Shown piece after piece: positions 7,121 through 10,572 of a stretch of DNA of 10,572 nt. The DNA is taken from positions 1 to 10,572 of the forward strand of contig JBGSIV010000132.1 of the NCBI GenBank assembly GCA_041742355.1, read 5' to 3'. The DNA comes from Candidatus Zixiibacteriota bacterium. GTDB taxonomy: Bacteria; Zixibacteria; MSB-5A5; GN15; FEB-12. Numbering within the stretch: the first letter of the stretch is position 1; each line of letters opens with the position of its first letter. A model generated the notes under the pieces. It ran no database searches. It saw only the letters and a list, made by a program, of their open reading frames with translations, and was not told the DNA's origin. The position numbers were made by a program, and so were the translations under genes.

Positions 7121-7140
7121 GACTCGAGGATTGAGTCTTT
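7121..7140 (+). terminator. Small hairpin with short U-run after ddaH; weak terminator or RBS-occluding stem
   Basis: GACTCGA-GGA-TTGAGTC followed by TTTCAT. It encloses the GAGGA upstream of the RDD start. Confidence 0.3.
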
Positions 7141-7143
7141 CAT

Positions 7144-7602
7144 ATGGAGCAGGTAGGGCAAAGACAATTCCACTACGCCGGGCTGGTCCCGCGCCTCGGT
7201 GCCCTGGTCATTGATTTCTTCGTGCTAAGCCTCGTCTTCTTCCCGATCACGCGAATCGTCAAAGGCGCCTGGCTCATGAGCGGGGGAGACCACCTCTGGA
7301 GCGTCGGCTGGATGATCACCGACCCGCTCTGCATTTCTTTCCTGGGCGTTATCATTGCCTACTTCATTCTCCTGGAGGGCGCGTTCGGGGCAACCATCGG
7401 CAAGCGGTTATTAGGCCTGCAGGTCGTGCGGCTCGATGGCGCCCGCCCCGGCATGAAGCGTGCCGCAATCCGGAACCTGCTCCGCGCAGTCGATTCCCTT
7501 CCCGCATTCAACATCCTCGGCATCATACTGATCACGACTTCCCCCGAGAAAGCCCGCTTTGGCGACCGTGTCGCGAAAACTCGCGTGATTGTCCGGCCCT
7601 GA
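7144..7602 (+). CDS. RDD family membrane protein
   Basis: YAGLVPRLGALVID, hydrophobic helices, GATIGKRLLGLQVV, IRNLLRAVD, RFGDRVAKTRVI: the conserved R/D/D pattern of the family. Confidence 0.92.
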   Translation: MEQVGQRQFHYAGLVPRLGALVIDFFVLSLVFFPITRIVKGAWLMSGGDHLWSVGWMITDPLCISFLGVIIAYFILLEGAFGATIGKRLLGLQVVRLDGARPGMKRAAIRNLLRAVDSLPAFNILGIILITTSPEKARFGDRVAKTRVIVRP

Positions 7603-7635
7603 GCCTGCCGATCCGATTCCCCGCCGATGTTGTTG

Positions 7636-7664
7636 TTGACTTCAACCCGGGTCCACGTTAGACT
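7636..7664 (+). promoter_or_regulatory. sigma70-type promoter for aqpZ
   Basis: TTGACT (7636-7641), 17-nt spacer, TAGACT (7659-7664). Confidence 0.65.
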
Positions 7665-7742
7665 TCGCACAGGAGCTCTCATGGAGCTGCACCCCAATCA
7701 TCGCGCCTCCGCCGCATGCGGAGCTTGCGGGAAAGGACCCAT

Positions 7743-8474
7743 ATGAACAAGTACTTTGCGGAACTGCTGGGAACCCTCTTCCTGGTGCTGATCGGCTGCG
7801 GAAGCGCCGTTATCGCCGGAGCCCAGGTTGGTTTCCTCGGGATCTCGTTCGCCTTCGGACTGACCGTCCTCGTTATGGTCTACGCCATCGGCCCCATCTC
7901 CGGATGTCACATCAACCCTGCGATCACCGTTGCCATGCTCGTGGCGAAAAAGATCAGCGGCCGCGACGCCGCCGGATACGTCGTCGCCCAGTGCGTCGGC
8001 GCGATCATCGGCGCCGCCATTCTCCTCGCCATCGCCTCCGGCACCTCCACCTACGTCACCGGCTCCCTCGGCCAGAACGGCTACGCCGACCTGTCGCCGA
8101 ATCAGTACTCCCTTGCCGCCGGGTTCATCGCCGAGGTGGTGCTGACCTTCCTCTTCCTGCTCGTCATCTTCGGTTCCACCCACCCGGCCGCCCCAAAGGG
8201 TTTCGCCGGGATCGCCATCGGACTCGCCCTAGTCCTCATTCACATCGTCGGCATTCCGATTACCGGCACCTCGGTGAATCCCGCCCGGAGCTTTGGCCCG
8301 GCCGTCCTCGTCGGGGGAGGGGCGCTGACGCAGCTCTGGATGTTCATCGTTGCCCCGCTGCTCGGCGGTATTCTCGCGGCCGTCGTATGGCGCGGCGCTT
8401 TCGACAAGGCTGCTCCGGCGCCTGCTCCTGCCAAAGGACGGCCGCTCCCCGAACGCGAGACGACTGGAGTGTAG
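7743..8474 (+). CDS. aqpZ: Aquaporin Z (MIP family water channel), 243 aa
   Basis: Start revised from 7716 to ATG 7743 (MNKYFAELLGT) because SD GAAAGGA is at 7731-7737. Two NPA motifs (GCHINPAIT, TSVNPARSFG). Selectivity residues F/H/T/R match AqpZ (ISFAFG, LIHIVGIP, GTSVNPAR). Confidence 0.95.
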   Translation: MNKYFAELLGTLFLVLIGCGSAVIAGAQVGFLGISFAFGLTVLVMVYAIGPISGCHINPAITVAMLVAKKISGRDAAGYVVAQCVGAIIGAAILLAIASGTSTYVTGSLGQNGYADLSPNQYSLAAGFIAEVVLTFLFLLVIFGSTHPAAPKGFAGIAIGLALVLIHIVGIPITGTSVNPARSFGPAVLVGGGALTQLWMFIVAPLLGGILAAVVWRGAFDKAAPAPAPAKGRPLPERETTGV

Positions 8475-8498
8475 TTGAACGGGGTAACTAATACGCAT

Positions 8499-8528
8499 GA
8501 GCCGTCAGTCGCATCCGGCTGACGGCTC
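8499..8528 (+). terminator. 13-bp hairpin between aqpZ and the ADP-ribosylglycohydrolase gene
   Basis: GAGCCGTCAGTCG-CATC-CGGCTGACGGCTC with one U-G pair. No U-tract, so it may be a stabilising or processing stem rather than an intrinsic terminator. Confidence 0.5.
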
Positions 8529-8560
8529 CCCGCTTCTACCAACCGCTACCGGAGAGTCTT

Positions 8561-9331
8561 ATGCTCGGAGCGATCGCCGGCGACATCATCGGGTCCGTCT
8601 ACGAATTCGACCAGATCAAGACGAAGGATTTTCCCCTCTTCGACCCGCTCTGCAAATTCACCGACGACACCGTCCTCACTGTCGCGGTCGCCGAGTCCAT
8701 CCTCTCCGGCCGCTCCTATCTTGACTGCATCCTCGACTACGGCCGACGGTATCCCCAGTGCAGTTGGGGCGGCATGTTCCGGCAATGGCTCCGCCATCCG
8801 TCGCCGCAACCCTACAACAGTTTCGGTAATGGCTCGGCCATGCGCGTCAGCCCAGTCGGCTTCGCGTTCGATACTGAAGATGAGGTATTGGAGCAGGCGA
8901 GGCTCACCGCCGAGATCTCCCACAACCACCCCGAGGGGATCAAAGGCGCTCAGGCCACCGGCCTCGCCGTCTACCTTGCCCGCAAAGGACACTCGAAGGA
9001 ACAGATCCGCACCCGTATCACCGAACAATTCGCTTACGACCTCGATCGCACTGTCGACAGCATCCGCCCGAGATACTCCTTCGACGAGACCTGCCGGCGA
9101 ACCGTCCCCGAGGCCATCGTTGCTTTCCTTGATGCCGATTCTTATGAAGACGCCATCCGCAACGCGATCTCGCTTGGCGGCGACGCCGACACGCTCGCTT
9201 GCATCACCGGCGGCATCGCGGAAGCATTCTACGGTCCCATCCCTGACGACATAAAAAAAAGGGTGAGGAAAATCCTCACCCCTGATCTTCGCACCGTCAC
9301 CGATGCCTTCTGCGTTAAGTACTGCCGGTAG
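8561..9331 (+). CDS. ADP-ribosylglycohydrolase family protein (DraG/ARH-like)
   Basis: MLGAIAGDIIGS, FTDDT (metal ligands), NSFGNGSAMRVSP, SHNHPEG, GGDADTLACITGGIAEA. SD GGAG at 8551-8554. Confidence 0.95.
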   Translation: MLGAIAGDIIGSVYEFDQIKTKDFPLFDPLCKFTDDTVLTVAVAESILSGRSYLDCILDYGRRYPQCSWGGMFRQWLRHPSPQPYNSFGNGSAMRVSPVGFAFDTEDEVLEQARLTAEISHNHPEGIKGAQATGLAVYLARKGHSKEQIRTRITEQFAYDLDRTVDSIRPRYSFDETCRRTVPEAIVAFLDADSYEDAIRNAISLGGDADTLACITGGIAEAFYGPIPDDIKKRVRKILTPDLRTVTDAFCVKYCR

Positions 9332-9334
9332 TCT

Positions 9335-10572
9335 CTACGCCCGCACCAGCGTCCGATACCTATTCCGGCGATTCTCGAACAACCGATCCCCCAGCTCCTT
9401 CACCCGCCACTCTTCGTACGCCGAGAAATTCCCCTCGAACCACCGCACCTGGCCCTCACCCTCGAACACCAGGAGGTGCGTGCAAATCCGGTCGAGGAAG
9501 AACCGGTCGTGGCTGATCACCAGCACACACCCCGAGAAGTCCAAGATCGCTTCTTCCAGCATCCGCAGCGTGTTGACATCGAGGTCATTCGTCGGCTCGT
9601 CAAGCAGGAGCACATTGCCGCCCGCCTTGAGGACTTTTGCCAGCGCGCACCGGTTGCGCTCACCGCCGGAGAGCTCATTCGCCTTTTTCTGCTGCGATGG
9701 CCCCTTGAATCCGAACTGCGCGAGGTACTGACGGATCGGCACCGTCCGATTCCCGATCGGAATCTCTTCCATTCCGCCGCCGACCTCCTCGATCAGGCTC
9801 TGATCCCCGTAAAGCGACGCCCGCTCCTGATCGGCGTAGGCAAAGCGCACCGTCGTTCCCACGGTCGCTTTCCCCTCGATCGGCTGTAGATCCCCGGTCA
9901 GCATCTTGAGCAGCGTGGTCTTGCCGGTTCCGTTCGGCCCGACTAATCCCACCACCGCCGACCTTGGCACGATAAACGACAGCCCGTCGAACAGCTTTCG
10001 CTTGTCGTACCCCATCGTCACATCGCGGAACTCGACCACCTGGCTGCCCAATTCCGGCCCCGGCGCGATCTGAATCACTGCCCCGGCCCCTTTGGCCGCC
10101 GCCATTTCCCGGGCCACGAGTTGCTCGTATTCGCGGATACGCGCCCGCGTCAACTGATTGCGATCCCCCTGGCTCATGTGAATCCAGTTCAACTCCCGCT
10201 GCAGCGCCTGGGCGCGCGGTGAGTCTTTCTTCTCCGCTGTCACCAGCGTTCCCAACTTCTGCTCGAGCCACGAGCTGTAGTTCCCCTCCCAGGGAATCCC
10301 GTGCCCGCCCTCCAGTTCGAGTATCCACTTGGTCACGTTATCGAGGAAATATCGGTCGTGCGTCACGATAATCACCGTTCCCGGATATTCCCGCAACTGC
10401 TCCTCGAGCCAGTTCACCGTCTCGGCATCGAGGTGGTTCGTCGGCTCGTCCAACAGGAGCAGGTCCGGTTTCTCCAGCAGCACTTTGCACAGCGCCACCC
10501 GACGCCGCTCACCTCCCGACAACGTCTCGACTATCCGATCGTCATCGGGTAGACAGAGCGCGTCCGCCGCGA
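9335..10572 (-). CDS. ettA: ABC-F ATPase, energy-dependent translational throttle protein EttA-like; 5' end truncated by the window edge
   Basis: The frame stays open past the track start at 10522 (...AADALCLPDDDRIVETLSGGERRRVALC). NBD1 end LLLLDEPTNHLDAE, VTHDRYFLDNV, GIPWEGNYSSWLEQK; NBD2 GPNGTGKT, LSGGERNR, LLLDEPTNDLDV, ISHDRFFLDRICTH. No transmembrane segments. Confidence 0.88.
   Translation of the reverse strand, partial: AADALCLPDDDRIVETLSGGERRRVALCKVLLEKPDLLLLDEPTNHLDAETVNWLEEQLREYPGTVIIVTHDRYFLDNVTKWILELEGGHGIPWEGNYSSWLEQKLGTLVTAEKKDSPRAQALQRELNWIHMSQGDRNQLTRARIREYEQLVAREMAAAKGAGAVIQIAPGPELGSQVVEFRDVTMGYDKRKLFDGLSFIVPRSAVVGLVGPNGTGKTTLLKMLTGDLQPIEGKATVGTTVRFAYADQERASLYGDQSLIEEVGGGMEEIPIGNRTVPIRQYLAQFGFKGPSQQKKANELSGGERNRCALAKVLKAGGNVLLLDEPTNDLDVNTLRMLEEAILDFSGCVLVISHDRFFLDRICTHLLVFEGEGQVRWFEGNFSAYEEWRVKELGDRLFENRRNRYRTLVRA

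Noticed and set aside
7103..7137. Twin hairpins with ACGA after ddaH as a guanidine-II riboswitch
   Set aside because: Only the first hairpin has ACGA, not as a clean tetraloop, and the second lacks ACGR.
7716..7742. ORF-track start of aqpZ at 7716
   Set aside because: No SD there; ATG 7743 has GAAAGGA and gives the typical MxKYxAE start.
9253..9260. A8 run as a frameshift or phase-variation site in the ARH gene
   Set aside because: The gene is in frame (Ile-Lys-Lys-Arg) and near its end; a -1 shift reaches a stop within a few codons.
1548..10552. Other overlapping ORFs (1548-1937, 1567-2295, 6125-6820, 7359-7697, 7698-8183, 7904-8491, 8546-9028, 9303-9731, 9476-9889, 9675-10328, 10301-10552)
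   Set aside because: Each overlaps a well-supported gene and lacks family motifs.

Overview
GC-rich bacterial chromosomal window with eight protein-coding genes and no mobile element, CRISPR array, rRNA or tRNA. In order: (1) a cobalamin-binding radical SAM enzyme resembling HpnR-type class B methyltransferases (- strand, runs off the left edge, missing from the ORF track); (2) a divergently transcribed secreted protein with an SGNH-like domain, a Cys/His cluster and a C-terminal dockerin-like domain, whose style suggests candidate phylum Zixibacteria (inference); (3) a secreted tricorn-type S41 protease (-); (4) dimethylarginine dimethylaminohydrolase; (5) an RDD membrane protein; (6) aquaporin Z; (7) an ADP-ribosylglycohydrolase; (8) an EttA-like ABC-F ATPase (-, runs off the right edge). 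Five sigma70-like promoters can be read from the sequence. I see no clear-cut new multi-gene system. The best leads are in the intergenic DNA: a bidirectional promoter with overlapping -10 boxes, a structured ~230-nt leader whose 11-bp long-range stem reaches the radical SAM Shine-Dalgarno, and candidate leader peptides ahead of aqpZ, the protease and the radical SAM gene. The protease also has NGGD in place of the conserved NGGG motif. All regulatory interpretations are hypotheses from manual reading.
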